From Camelus ferus (taxonomy: Eukaryota), in the NCBI RefSeq assembly GCF_009834535.1, contig NC_045697.1:57538001-57602000 (forward strand): DNA of 64,000 nucleotides, read 5' to 3'. Position 1 is the stretch's first letter. Each line of letters starts with the position of its first letter. Both the position numbers and the translations under genes were made by a program. The notes beneath the pieces are model-generated. The model did not search any database and was not told the origin of the DNA. It saw only the letters and a list, made by a program, of their open reading frames with translations. Shown piece by piece: positions 1-12,610 of the stretch.

Positions 1-40
1 TAATGCAACATTGTAAATTGACTATACTTTAATTAAAAAA
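1..40 (+). mobile_element. L1 3' terminus with A-tail (truncated by window edge)
   Basis: caacattgtaaattgactatactttaattaaaaaaa resembles the L1 3' end seen again at ~62840-62890. Confidence 0.75.
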
Positions 41-710
41 GTACATAACTGAGTATATAACAAAGCATTTTAAAACCAAAAAGAAAAAGAAAATTTCCAA
101 ATCATGTAATTTTATTTAAAGGCTTGTAATTATGTTAGGAACCACATTTAATGATAGAGATCTTGGCCTACAATGTTTAGAGTAAGAATGCAGATCTATA
201 AGATTATATTTTGAGAAAATAGGTAACATAATTAGCAATTAATATAATTGTCAATTTTAATTTTATGACTGCTGTACTTAATACTGGCACAAACATTTTT
301 TTCTACCACTGAATTGCTATACGTTTAAAGACTACATTTTGACATATAAAATGTTTTTCAATGTTGTCTATGATTTATTTTAGTTTGGAAAACACATTCA
401 CACATGGAAATTCTCATTTTGAAAATGATAAAATGCAATGATAAAGTTATTTTTCTCAGTTGCATACCAAAAGAAAAGAATAGCCAAGACTTACATCAGT
501 CTGAAGTGCTCCACTCTCTGGACAGTTCATCTTGCTACACTATTAAAAAGTACAGTAAACTTTTCATTATCATGGTCAAAAGATTTGCTTTCCTAAGAGA
601 TGATAAAATTCAGTGGCAATCTTATATTTAAGCAGAGAAAATAGACGTTGTAGGAAGCCGCATCCCACAAATACCTAACTTCCTAATTGTAGGAGTAACA
701 ATTAGCATTT

Positions 711-812
711 GAAGGGAGGGCTGCAACTCAGTAACTGAGTGGTAGAGCATGCACAAGGTCCTGAGTTCAATCCCCAGTACCTCCATTAAAACAAACAAAC
801 ATACAAAAAACG
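711..812 (+). mobile_element. Camelid Vic-1-like tRNA-derived SINE
   Basis: GGTAGAGCATGCACAAGGTCCTGAGTTCAATCCCCAGTACCTCC body (Pol III B-box-like) and A-rich tail; TSD acaat(t)agcatt at 698-709 and 813-823. Confidence 0.9.
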
Positions 813-2920
813 ACAATAGCATTCACTCAGTAACATTAGGCTCACTTTGTAAAAATGGAAATGCTCTTGGGAGAGTTTGTGCTATTTATTCTAGGGAGCA
901 TATGGCTCCTAGTGTTTGTAATACTCTTGAATAAAGTTACTTTTATTTGTCTGCTTTTTAAACTGATGTCCTGTGCGACAACTTTTGTGGCAACAGACAG
1001 ATGGACTTACGCTGAAATTCTCGACAGCTGTCACAAGCACAAATGTTAGCTTTCAAAAACTAAGACTTCGGGACTAAAGATTTTGCAATCTAATAACTCT
1101 TGCCGTTAAAACATCCTTGAAAACTTGACAAAACAAAAAACAAATAAAAGGTTTTCCATTGCAATAGAAAAAAAGAGCCTGAATTATGCTACAGTATGGG
1201 AATAATTGCCACATAATACAATGTTACTAGAGTAGGCAAAGCAATAAAACAGAAAGACACATATTTGCATCTATTATTAAAAAAAAAAACATCATAAACA
1301 AAAAGAAGACACTCCGCATCTCATTCTATAACCCTAGCTTTAGAAATCTGAAGTCTACATTTACTTGAATCCAGTCCACTTAGTTTATAAGAATAGATTT
1401 CTGAGTTACCAGAATAATTTCTGGTAACCTAAGCTCTGCTTTTGGAGCATTTATTTAGAAAATTCAAATGCTAATTTCTACTATGTCAGTGGCTAAAAGG
1501 AAATATGATTGTGCATTATAACAAGAAACAATAGTAAAAAATCCCTGAAAGCTATATACCCTGGGTTCTGCTGCCATATATCTGGTCTGTGAAGAGTAAT
1601 TACAAGTGCTTCTCAAAATCTGAGAACAAGTTAATGGATTAGCTGACGGTCCCACATCATTCAAGTTTGTAACCATGATGAATTAACCCCTCTTGGATTC
1701 CTGTTATGGACTGCACACAAAAATATGGGATCCAGTTTTGGAAAGGAGAATTCCCTCAGAGAAATTGCATGGTCAGAAGGGGACTAAAGGCTATCCATGA
1801 TGCTAGGTAAATTTATCTTTTTTCATAGATAAGCAAGTGAAAAAAGAAAAAAGCCAGGGACCATTTTTGTGTCAACAAAACATTTTAAAAATAGGAAGGG
1901 ACTGCTAATTTTAGGACTTTTAAAGAAAATATTTCTCTTAATTTTTTTTACTAGAGAAAGCAAAAAAGCAGTAGAAAGTTCTCTGCTTTTTATTCTTTAC
2001 TTTTTATTTACTTTTTACTACTTTACTTAAAAAAATTATAGTCCATGGTATCTCTATAAATAAGAATTTATTATAATATAAAACATTGAAAAGATGAAAG
2101 AAAATCTTGAGAAGAAATGAGAACAAACAATAATAAGAAAAGCTGGCAGACTCTAAAATTTTAGTAGCAGAACTGAATTCAATGTTAAAAACCAACAGAA
2201 AGGAAACTTGAGACTAGAAGAAATGCAGTCTGTATTTCAAAGGACAAATATGAAATATTTCTGACAGTTTATAGAAAATGACAAAAGTAGTCAAAATTAT
2301 CAGTGGTGATAAGTGAAATGTACATACAAAATAGAAACCTAATTCTCAAGTAAACATTAGCAAATCTTGAACAAATAGTGGGAAAGTAAAAATCGACATT
2401 TTTATTAGAGATAACATATCTGAGCTGAAAAGGCAAACTTGAGGGGGAAAATTATTTGAAACATAAATGACAAAAAAGTACTAATATACATAATCTGAAT
2501 TACTCTTACCCATATATCTTAAAGCAATCACTTTAATTCTCTCTGAGACAAAAAGATCAAAGCAAGAGAATAATCCAGAAAGTAAGATTATAGCATCAAT
2601 AAAGTGAAAACCAGCAAGGCTAGTAGTCAAGTAAGTGCAAATTAAACAAGATTAAAAGTAGCATTTTTATTAGTAATGTTGTAGACTGTTGAAACTCAGT
2701 GATAATACTTAGTTGCATCCCTCAGGGTTCTGTTATGAAGGAGAAGACACACGGAATATGGTTGTTTTCCATGATGTTTACAACGTGAGGGGAATATTTA
2801 GGAAAAGCACAGGGGTGAGTGAAGAGTCCTGAAGAGAATAGTAGCAGGAGGCTGTTGCCGCTCACAGTTTTGAAGAGGTAATATGAAGGATGAAAGAGGG
2901 CTTGTCTGACTGGGCATTTA

Positions 2921-3049
2921 TGACTTTAACCTTTGTTTCTTTTTGGGGAGTAATTAGGTTTATTTATTTATTTAATGGAGGTACTAGGGACTGAACCTAG
3001 GACCTCGTGCATGCTAGGCATGTGTTCTACCACTGAACTACATCCTCCC
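2921..3049 (-). mobile_element. Vic-1-like SINE
   Basis: Reverse complement of the same SINE body; TSD actgg(g/a)cattta at 2909-2920 and 3050-3061. Confidence 0.9.
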
Positions 3050-3539
3050 ACTGGACATTTACGGATGTGTATATAGTAGAAAGATGAGAGTGTGTTAAGA
3101 ATTTGTAGGTAAAGTGGGCCACCTGAAGCTGTGCCTTTTGATCAAAGTACACATGACACAGAAAATAGGGCAAGCCTACCTGCAAGGAATTAGGAGAAAA
3201 AATACCTCAAACTTATGCAACTCCCTCTCTCCAACATCTTCTCTAGGTTTCAGCAGCAGATTTTACTATTTTTTGGCATGTTTTATCAAGTCCATTTACA
3301 ATGTAACCCATATGCCTGTGTTTTGAGTTCAGCAGGGGAGAAAACTTTACAACAGATTCAGATTATCTGGGAAGGTGCTCTGACATAGGGGCAAATGATA
3401 CAGCAGATCTGATGTTAGGCAAAGTGCCTGTGACAAATAGGAATGCTGAAGGAAAGCCCCTATAGGTAAACTGAAATGCATACTCTAAGGTTTTTTAAGT
3501 AAATATAAGCCAGCTGATGCAGGAATTTGTTCTGTTTTG

Positions 3540-4490
3540 GAGAAAACCTGGTAGAGACTGAGTGCTTTATTGTGGACTCCAAATTACCGAGTAATCTGTC
3601 CACCTTGGACTCAATATCTGAACCATAAATTTGAGTGAATTAGCATCACTCACTCCATCATTAAGTCAAAAACAAAAGAATGCACAAGGTAACAGGTATT
3701 GGAGGCATAACTAAGTTGTATAACAAAGTGTCTCAGATGCTCATGGAACATCAACCCATAATGCTTCATGGAACATTTTCTATGATTGCATGACCTAAGA
3801 AGAAACCAGTATCATATTTATTTTACAGACAGTGCTAATAAGCATGCTGATACCACCTGAAAGTGGACAACTGCAAGGGAATCATCTAAGTAGGATGAAC
3901 TTTAAACTGCATGCTGGTGGCTGACTTTATCTGGAGAGAGAGCTGAACAAAAGTTTAAAACTACATTAATTCATGAATTGTGTCTAATAGTTTGACAAAT
4001 GGTCAAGGACTTGGCAGGAGCCAGATTGGAGATTTGATGACAGAGAAGTCTGGAGAAGAATTATGTGAAGGAACCCCTCAATTTGGCAAATTGCGGATGT
4101 TTGTTTCCAAAAAAAAAAAAAAAAAAAAGCTCTACATCAAAATAAATCATAGAAAACGAGTTCTTAATTATTAGGTGATCAAGATAACCTATTTTGTGGG
4201 AGCCAGTAATCTTCCTCAGCTGTTCTTGTCTTTGTTTAATAGACTCATTATGTGTTGATAGCAATTGGGAGGAGGTTATACATGAGTTCAAGAACAATAA
4301 TTTGCATTCAGCAAGGCTGATATGGTCATAGCTAACAGCAAAAACTATAATGAGTTCCTGATACGGCATCATTCCCTAGGGGAAACAGCAAGTCATATGA
4401 AAGCAAGTTCAACAAATCATATGAATGAAGGCAGGTTGATTACACTGAATCATTTCCATCATGACATTTTTTCCTTTGTTGGAAAATGCT
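3540..4490 (+). mobile_element. ERVL-class internal fragment (pol RNase H to integrase), decayed
   Basis: Frameshifted translation around 3962-4070 gives YINS*IVSNSL..WSRTWQEPDWRFDDREVWRR, resembling ERV-L YTDSWAVANGL..WSGTWKEHDWKIGDKEIWGR; QVDYTESFPS at ~4432-4461 resembles integrase WQVDYIGPLPS. Confidence 0.8.
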
Positions 4491-4509
4491 TACCTTTTTT
4501 CTTTTTTAT

Positions 4510-7410
4510 AATTAATATTTAACATCATTTTTGAGATATAATTAACATACCATATAATTCACCTATTTAAAGCATACCATTAAGTGATTTTAGTGTAGTC
4601 ACCTGGTTGTGCAACCATGATCACAATCTAATTTTAGAGTATTTCACATTCCTGCCATCAATGTTTGATGGTTCTAATTTTTGAACTTTGAAAGTTTTTC
4701 TAAAAAGGCTTAAATTCAAAATTATATTTTTTCTTTTGTTTGCTGTGCTCTAGTTATACCAAAGAAAACAGTGCCAGATCCTAAGTCAGCTTTATTTGAA
4801 CTGATTTATTTTAAGATTTTTTATTTTTAACTCTTACATTTAATTCTTTGATCCATTTTGATTTAATGGTATAAAGCTAGGGTCCAACTTTATTTTTTTG
4901 CATGTGGCTATCCAGTTTTGTCAACACCATTTATTGAAAAGACTAGTCTTTCCCCCCATTTAATTATCTTGCCATGCTGTTACTGAGTCCAAACTCCTTA
5001 TGCTCACTGCACGACAGACCAATAAATCGGGAGATGAGGTATTGGGGCAAGGAATAACGACTTTATTTGGAAATTTGGCAGACTGAGAATATGGCAGACT
5101 AATGTCCTGGAGAACCATCTTCCCCAAGTCAGAATTCAGGCTCCTTTTATACTAAAAAAGAGAGGGAGTATGCTTGGTTGTTGCAAACTTCTACATGTAG
5201 GAATTCTTTGTTCTTGGAATCTTTTGTTCTTGCAGCTGTCCATAAGGGTCACATCATAGTGTCCCTGTAAACCTCTAACAAAACAAACCTAATTTTCTAT
5301 TCTGCAACTTGTTGTCTTTATATGAATGGAGAAAGTGTTAGTATCCTTAAAGGTTAAAGCCTTGAGAATAGGCTATCCTGTATATTTTAGGCTGTACGCA
5401 ACATTATTTTACAAAAGGTGCAGAACTAGCAAAACTAAGCCTAGGAAAAAAGAGCATAGGGTTAAAGCCAAAGGAACAGTTGTAATATGGAGTCAGATTT
5501 TTCTTTTCTATTACAATGCTTGTGAAAAATGAGCTGATGATAGATACATGTGCTTATTTCTGAACTCTGGTTTCTATTCCATTAATTTATATATCTGTCC
5601 TTAAGCCAGTATCACAAAGTCTGGATTGTTGTAGGTTGGTAGTAAGTTTTGAATTCAGAAAGTGTAAGTCTTCTGACTTTGTCTTTCAAAATGTTTTTGG
5701 CTATCTAGGTTTTTTTCATTTCCATGTGAATTTTAGGATCAAGTTGTAAATATCTGAAGAAAAAAAAGGCTAGCCAGGCTCATTTTTATAGCAATTGAAT
5801 CTGTAAATCAATTTAGGGAATATTGCAATCTTAAAAATATTGTCCTCTGAATCATTAACATGGTATGTTTCCAATTTTTTTAATCTCTCAACATTTTAGA
5901 TGATTTATTTTTAATAGAATTAATTTGCCTGAACTAATTCTACAAAGGCTGTTTCCCCTGCAGTATATAGCCTTTTCTATCTCTGCTCAAATTTTTCCCC
6001 ATTTTTATCTTTTAGTCTGTCTGTCTACGGTTTGCCCGAGTTGGCATAAACCACTAATTGGTCTAATTTTGTGCTTATTTCCCCTTAGCCAATTCGAGTT
6101 TACCCTGTATCACTGGATGTAGATATGGGTTGGAGGCTGCTCTCACAGGTCAGGGTGTTTATGAATTTTTTTTCCCCATGAAATTCAGCCATTAACCTGT
6201 AGCCTGGGGTTTCCTCTGTGATAAATCCTTAGAAGGTACATCTTTTAGTATGCACATAATCTTTTAGAGAGTCACGAATGACTATAATTCTATTTCAAAA
6301 TCTGGCATCCTTGGAGTCACCTCAGGTTCAAATAGCATTTTGTTCAATGTTTGATCAGAATTTGTTTCAGCCCTTTGGGACACTGAAGTGTCATCTCCTT
6401 ATTGTTGAATTTGGGTATATTTTGGGGAATGGTTTCAAGTTTGCCTGATATCCAACCTCTCCTGAGTGGATGCAGCCTAACATACATGCAAAGCTTTTCT
6501 GAGCCCTAGTGTTGACTATGATCATAGAGAGACTCTTCTTGGTTACCTCTTCTGTGGTTCTTTTTATTAAATTTATGGTTGCTCTGTTATTTTGCTTGTG
6601 TTACGGAGCTAACAGATCTTCGGAATTGTTCTCCACCAAGATTTTCATAATTTTTGACGTCATCCTTAAGTGGTATTCACCACGCTCTGGTTGGTCCAGA
6701 CAAAATGAATCTTCTCAGGCAAAGATGTGAAATGCCTCATCCTTATGGCCTGCCTTTACATTGCCTTTTACTACATCACTGGACCAGAGGGGATATCAGG
6801 AACCTGCTTCTTCTGGAGTGACACCTTTGATCTATGATTGTGCCCTGGGGTTTGGGAACTAGCAAAACTTGGCTTTTCAACCTCTGCCTACAGGGAAGCA
6901 AGCTGAGGTGGGAAAATATGGAGTCCTGGTAGTCTCTGTCTATTGTGCCTGGAGTAGGGTTTCTGCTCTACAAGTATGGGCTTGGCTGGGACAAAGGAGA
7001 CATGTTCCTTTCAGACATGCCTCTGGGAACAGGGCCTCTGCAACACAGAAGGCAAGAAACAATAGTTTGAACCTCTGGGGTGAAACTGTAGACCCAGCAG
7101 GGGAGCTTGGAGAACAGAGGAGTCCTGTATTTGTGGCTTCTCATGCCCAGGATAGAAGTTTCCATACCATGGAAATGAGACTGGAGGGATGTATGGTAAG
7201 ACAGCAGATCATACCTCAAAAGCCATAGAGTTTCACTGTTCTTGTCAAGATTTAGTAGATTTTCATGTATGAACATTTTAGTTACCATACGTTTTTAGGA
7301 CAATTTCCAAAGACTTTCAGTGTTATAAAATTTACAATATTTAGCAGTTAAATTGTTGTCTTGCTGGAGTAAGGTTCTACTGAGATCTGTACTCTACCTT
7401 TTCAGAAAGC
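4510..7410 (-). mobile_element. Old L1 (L1MB/L1M4-like), heavily deleted: 3' end, ORF2 pieces and 5' region; interrupted by an LTR
   Basis: ttgagatataattaacataccat-type 3' end at ~4530; antisense ORF2-like sequence at 4700-5900; L1M-type 5' end pattern near 7250-7410. Confidence 0.65.
4978..5515 (-). mobile_element. ERV1-class solo LTR (MER41-like family), nested in L1
   Basis: TGT...ACA termini, 4-bp TSD ATGC (4974-4977 and 5516-5519), antisense AATAAA at 5062-5067 and TATA-like box at ~5145-5151; clearly related to the element at 45945. Confidence 0.85.
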
Positions 7411-8070
7411 ACATTTTAAGATACTTTGATTTTTTTTCTGCCCCACCCATAGTGCTTTTGCCTTGACCTAATCTATATATTTACAGAATGCTACTTTCCA
7501 TCATGTCTTTCCATACATCATTGCTTCTAAATAAGCATGTTGCTAAATGTAACTTATGATTCAAGGCAATAGTGTCTATGTCTAATAATTCACTGGGCTT
7601 ATTACTATGTGCTGTATAGAGCAGATGGCTTGAAAGAACAATCCGAATGTTTTGAATGCTTAGTTTTAGTCCCAAGCAGTAGTGTATCTGAACTAGCAAC
7701 AAAGATATGGAACTGTTCTTCCCACAGTCAGTATATACAGGTGCGAAAGCCAAATGATGTATTTAGATGTGACTCATTTACCACAAATCATTCACTAGAA
7801 GTTGCTACACAAATTTATCATCTGTATTATATGTGTGTGTGTGTATGAATGTCAGCATGTGTATGTATATTAATAGATGAGAAATATGAGACCAATTGTT
7901 TTTTTCTTTTTTCTCTGATTCTGTTACTCTTGTGTAAGAGTTCCAATAATGATTGACCATATATCTCATTATTTCATTCCATATTTATTGAGGAGGATAG
8001 CTCATTGAAATTGTAAAAGATCTAGAAGAGAAATATCAAGTAATAAATTGGGCATAAAAGATTGTGTGTC

Positions 8071-8806
8071 GGCTGGGCATGGTGGTGTGGAGCCCGGCCG
8101 CAGCAGCACCTCTACTCCATGGGTGCAGTCTGCCCCAGAAATTGGGGCTTCTTTGCGGGTTCCCAGTAGGTATGCCCTGTATCGTGTGGTTCTTTCCCTG
8201 CTCATTCATTCATTCATCCATCCATCCATCCATCACCCGAGTGCTCCTGAGTGCCTGCCCTGGCGCAGCTCTGGAAGACTGCAGTAACAGGACAGACTCA
8301 GTCTTGGCCTCTGAAGACTGGTTGGTGAAAGAGCCAGTGCACAGCTTCCCCTTCTGCACTGTGCCTAGAAGAGGTTTGCCTCGCAGACTGAGGGGGAGCT
8401 CAAGGTGACCCAGATTCTCAAAGAAAAGTTTCCTTGAGCTATAGCTATCAAAGCCACCGACATTTCAGGAGGCTGTGGGGCAATGTATGAAATTCAAGTA
8501 GAATCAGAAGAATGTAAGGAGAAGAGAACTGTGCAGCAGCACCAGGTGGTAAATCAGGCACTAAAAGAAGAAATCAAAGGCATGCATGGATTGTGGATAT
8601 TTACCTCCGTCCCCAAACACTGACCACACCCTGGTTGTATAGATGCTGCTTCTAAATCTTGGATGAATCTGACTGATAACCATTCTTTCTTAGGCATCCA
8701 ACAAAAATTTTATCTATTTTGTTGATAGGCATTTCCATAATATAATTATAGAATATGGTATCTATTTAGATGTTAATTAAAGGCAACAGACAACTAAAAC
8801 AAAAAG
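8071..8806 (+). pseudogene. BOLA3: BOLA3 processed pseudogene (retrocopy) with an extra internal segment
   Basis: ATG at 8079 gives MVVWSPAAAAPLLHG; 8345-8623 gives LPLLHCA*KRFASQTEGELKVTQILKEKFP*AIAIKATDISGGCGAMYEIQVESEECKEKRTVQQHQVVNQALKEEIKGMHGLWIFTSVPKH*, matching BOLA3. No introns in the downstream coding part, stops at 8366 and 8435, ATTAAA at 8776, A-rich tail, TSD gattgtgtgtc at 8060-8070 and 8807-8817. Confidence 0.96.
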
Positions 8807-8914
8807 GATTGTGTGTCTACCTTTATGGGAGAGTTAAGCATGACTTTGGTGGTATGAAAATTACATCATGTTAAGTGGAAGTATGTTGTTACTGTCTATA
8901 TTAAGAAAGCAACG

Positions 8915-8917
<3 letters not shown>

Positions 8918-8945
<28 letters not shown>
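8918..8945. repeat. (TA)n microsatellite
   Basis: Direct inspection. Confidence 0.95.
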
Positions 8946-8950
<5 letters not shown>

Positions 8951-9297
8951 TTATCATGCATATCTTATGTATCTATATATTACATGTATAATACATCATT
9001 ACATATCTGATATATTTGTAGGATATTCATGTATCTCCCGAGTTTGTGAGGAGGTAGACTGTGTTGTGTTATGTGGTCAGCTCAGCTCATCCCAATTATG
9101 TCTAATATGGAGGAGAAGCCTGGCATAGGTTTCCCATAGAATTTGCCAATAAGAGGAGCTCACAAGATATTTGGAAGGTGGATAGGATGGCAAACTATTA
9201 TTTTTGGAGGTTGTTATAGTCAGACAAAATTGCCCTGCTGACTTCTCCATGACTTTCTGATTCTCTGTCACAATACCTAGAGATGTTAGATTAGCAA

Positions 9298-9347
9298 TTA
9301 AAAGTACAGTTGATTTCTAACATTTCAGGTGTATAGCAAAGTGATTC

Positions 9348-9393
<46 letters not shown>

Positions 9394-10262
9394 TCTTTCA
9401 GACTCTTTTCTATAATAGGTTATTACAAGATATTGAATATAGTTCTCTGTGCTATACAGTAGGTCCTTGTAGTTTATTTTATATATAGTGGTGTGTATCT
9501 GTTAATCTCAAATTCCTAATTAATCCCTCCCTCCTTTACCTTTTCATAACTATTAGTTTGTTTCCTATATCTGTGTGTCTGTTGTTTTATAAATAAGTTT
9601 ATTTTTATCATTTTTTTGGATTCCACATGTAAGTGATATCATATGATATTTGTCTTTCTCTGTATAACTTTACTTAGTATGATAATATCTAGGTCCATCC
9701 ATGTTGCTGAAAATGACATTATTTCATTCTTTTTATGGCTGAGTAATATTCCATTGTATAAATATACCACATCTTTATCCATTCATCTGTTGATTGACAT
9801 TTAGGTTGTTTCCATGTCTTGGCTATTGTAAATAGTGCTGCTGTGAACATTGGGATGCATGTATGTTTTCAAATTAGAGTTTTCAGCTTTTCTGGATATA
9901 TGCCCAGGAGTGGGATTGGTGGATCACATGGTAGTTAATTGTTAGTGTTTTAAAGGAACCTCCATATTTCTACTCTCCATAGTGGCCGCACCAGATTACA
10001 TTCCTACCCACAGTACAGAATGTTTCCCTTTTCTCCACACCCTCTTCAGCATTCATTTGTGGACTTTTTGATAATGGCCATTTTGACTGGTATGAAGTGA
10101 TACCTCATTGTAGTTTTGATTTGCATTTTTTGAATAATTAGCAATGTGAAACATCTTTTCATGTGCCTGTTGGCCATCTGGTTGTCTTCTTTGGCAAAAT
10201 GTCTATTTAGATCTTCTGCCCATTTTTTGATTAGGTTTTTTCTTGATGCTGAACTGTATGCC
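9298..10262 (-). mobile_element. 5'-truncated L1 (artiodactyl-type 3' UTR plus ORF2 C-terminus), containing (TA)n at 9351-9390
   Basis: ORF 10046-10264(-) [27 protein letters not shown]...[18 protein letters not shown] is L1 ORF2p C-terminal sequence. Confidence 0.92.
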
Positions 10263-11799
10263 AAATTTATTTTTATTAAAAATGTTTGTGTTACACCTTG
10301 ATAAATTAAACAATCAGTTAATGTAAGGATTATTAAAAGAGTAGTTTACAATACACAAATATATTATATATATATTTATACATATTTATCTATTACATTT
10401 AATGTGGTATATTTTTTACAGAAAATAATGTTACCATTTAATTTAATTTAAGGAAAAGTATTTGCCCAAATAATCATACAGGTTCTGTTTTACATCTGAC
10501 TGACTGAGTACTCTTGAATACCTCTGTTCCACATGTGCACTTTCTTTACAACTCCCTTCGCTGAAAAGGAGTGGAGAACTGGGAATGATTAAGTACTTAG
10601 AAACTGCTTAATGATACAAATGTTTTTGAGAGCAGTATTTCATAATTATTTTTTGTGAGCCTTAGCTAGAAGTTTGCTATACATGGATAATTTTGGATTA
10701 ATGGCCAAGGGTAGGGAGATATGTGGGACTTTAGGTTTTGACAATTTTTTTTCCCTAGAATTCCTATGTCAAGTATCAGTCCGTTTAGGGAGATTGCAGT
10801 CCTTCGAAATGAAGGCAAAGCAGGAGAAAACTTACCAACTTATAATGCTGAGGAATGGCTAAAATGGGAGCAAGATAAGTTGTATAATTAGTGTGCCTAA
10901 GAAGTATGGAAAATGGATCTTGGCCAACAGCTCAGTGAGAGCATTATCTAATATGGCTTCCCTCATATCAGTATCATGGTCGTTCCTACATACATGCCTC
11001 TCAGTTCTTCCTTATTTGCCACAATAGACCGGTATACGTTAATACACTTTATTTACTTGAAGCATTTTATTTTGGTTCCCTTTGAAGTAATCCATTGTAA
11101 ATCTTTTGCCAAACTTCTGGCAAGACCATAATAAAAGAAGAGTGTAAATTCTTGTACTCTGCAGTGGAGAAACTTTTGGTTGTCTGACATTAAGTCTGCT
11201 TACCAAGACTGGGAGTAAATCAGTAGAAATGAAGTAGCCTGGGAGATGGGTCTATCCAGGATGATTTCTAAATACACTAAATATATAAACTGCCTTTCAG
11301 GTCTGTACTCTTGGCTTTAACAGGATGTACTTTGAAACAAATTGTTTTTGAGTGAGCAATAGCAAATCAATATAGAAGTCTTGGCTGACTTGACCCAATT
11401 TATTACTAGACTGATGTAAGTCACTTACCCAACTGCATCAATTGTATAAATATACAGTAAAATGAAAACTTGTGGAGATTAAAAATGACATAGGAAATTC
11501 CCATATCTGATATATTGTTTGGTGTTATTTCCAATTTTATGCGCCTTCCACTCTCATCTATTCTTAACAAAGTAGCATGATTAATGCTGTTAAATAGAAT
11601 GTAAGCCTGATTGTTTCAGACTAAAAGGTTCCCCTTCTAACTCACATCATCATATGGATGTCAAACAAGCATTTTAAATTTAAAACTCTTTTCATCCCAC
11701 CTCCCCAGTGCTTTTGTGAAATATGTTACTTCCACAGTTTTAGCTTTTGTTATTCTTAGCAATTACTTTGTACAATGGTTTTGTCCAAAATCCTGAAAT

Positions 11800-12610
11800 A
11801 TTTTGACTTTTTATTTTCTAAACAATTCCCATTCAATTTGTCAGCAAATTTGGTTGATTCCAGCTTCATAATACATTTATAATTGACTGCTGTTATTGGC
11901 ACTGCATAGTTCTGCTCCAAGTCACCATCATCTCTTACCTACTTTATGCTAATAGCCTCCTAACTGGTCTTCTTACTACAGCATTGCCTAATTTCATTCT
12001 AACCTCAACACAACTTTAGTGATCCTGTCAAAGTGGATGGCACTCTTTTGTACTAGACCCAGTAAACCTTCTTCACATTTCACTGAGAAAATAGCCAAAC
12101 TCTGTGTAAGTTCAAATACAATCTTCCCCATCTTCCCCACCATCTTGTTTCCTATTTGACCTCATTTCAGGTTACTTGACCACCACCACCACTCTCTTGA
12201 GCTTTCTTGGTGTCTTTGCTGTTCTTTAGGCATACTAGATACTTGATTTCCTTGGGGCTTCTGCCCTTAGAATACTTTATTTAAAATTTTACTCTCTCAC
12301 CTCTATGCAGTCTTTATTCAAAATTGACTTTTTTCACTGAAAACTTATTTATTCTCCATATTTAATAATAAATACTTCCCATCCCTGTTACACCTTACCA
12401 GACTTATCAAACTTCCCACATCAGTTTTCTCCATTGCACTTATCACTACCTAACATTACATATATTTTACTTTGTCTGTGTTATCTCTCCCACTAGAATA
12501 TAAGCTCCATTGATGATGTTTCTTTTGTTCAATGCTGAATCCCTCGGGGCTAGAAGAATGTCTGGCACAAAATATGTTAAATGAATATTCATCAAAGAAT
12601 AAATTAATGA
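11800..12610 (+). mobile_element. L2 (L2a-like) 3' fragment
   Basis: ctcccactagaatataagctcc...tctggcaca...aatgaat, a typical L2 3' terminus. Confidence 0.75.

Noticed and set aside
711..812. tRNA gene
   Set aside because: The tRNA-like head belongs to a SINE with an A-tail and TSD, repeated five times in the window.
8064..8408. 114-aa ORF as a functional BOLA3-like CDS
   Set aside because: Only about 15 residues are BOLA3. The rest is insert read-through and out-of-frame exon 2, and the true BOLA3 frame has two stops.
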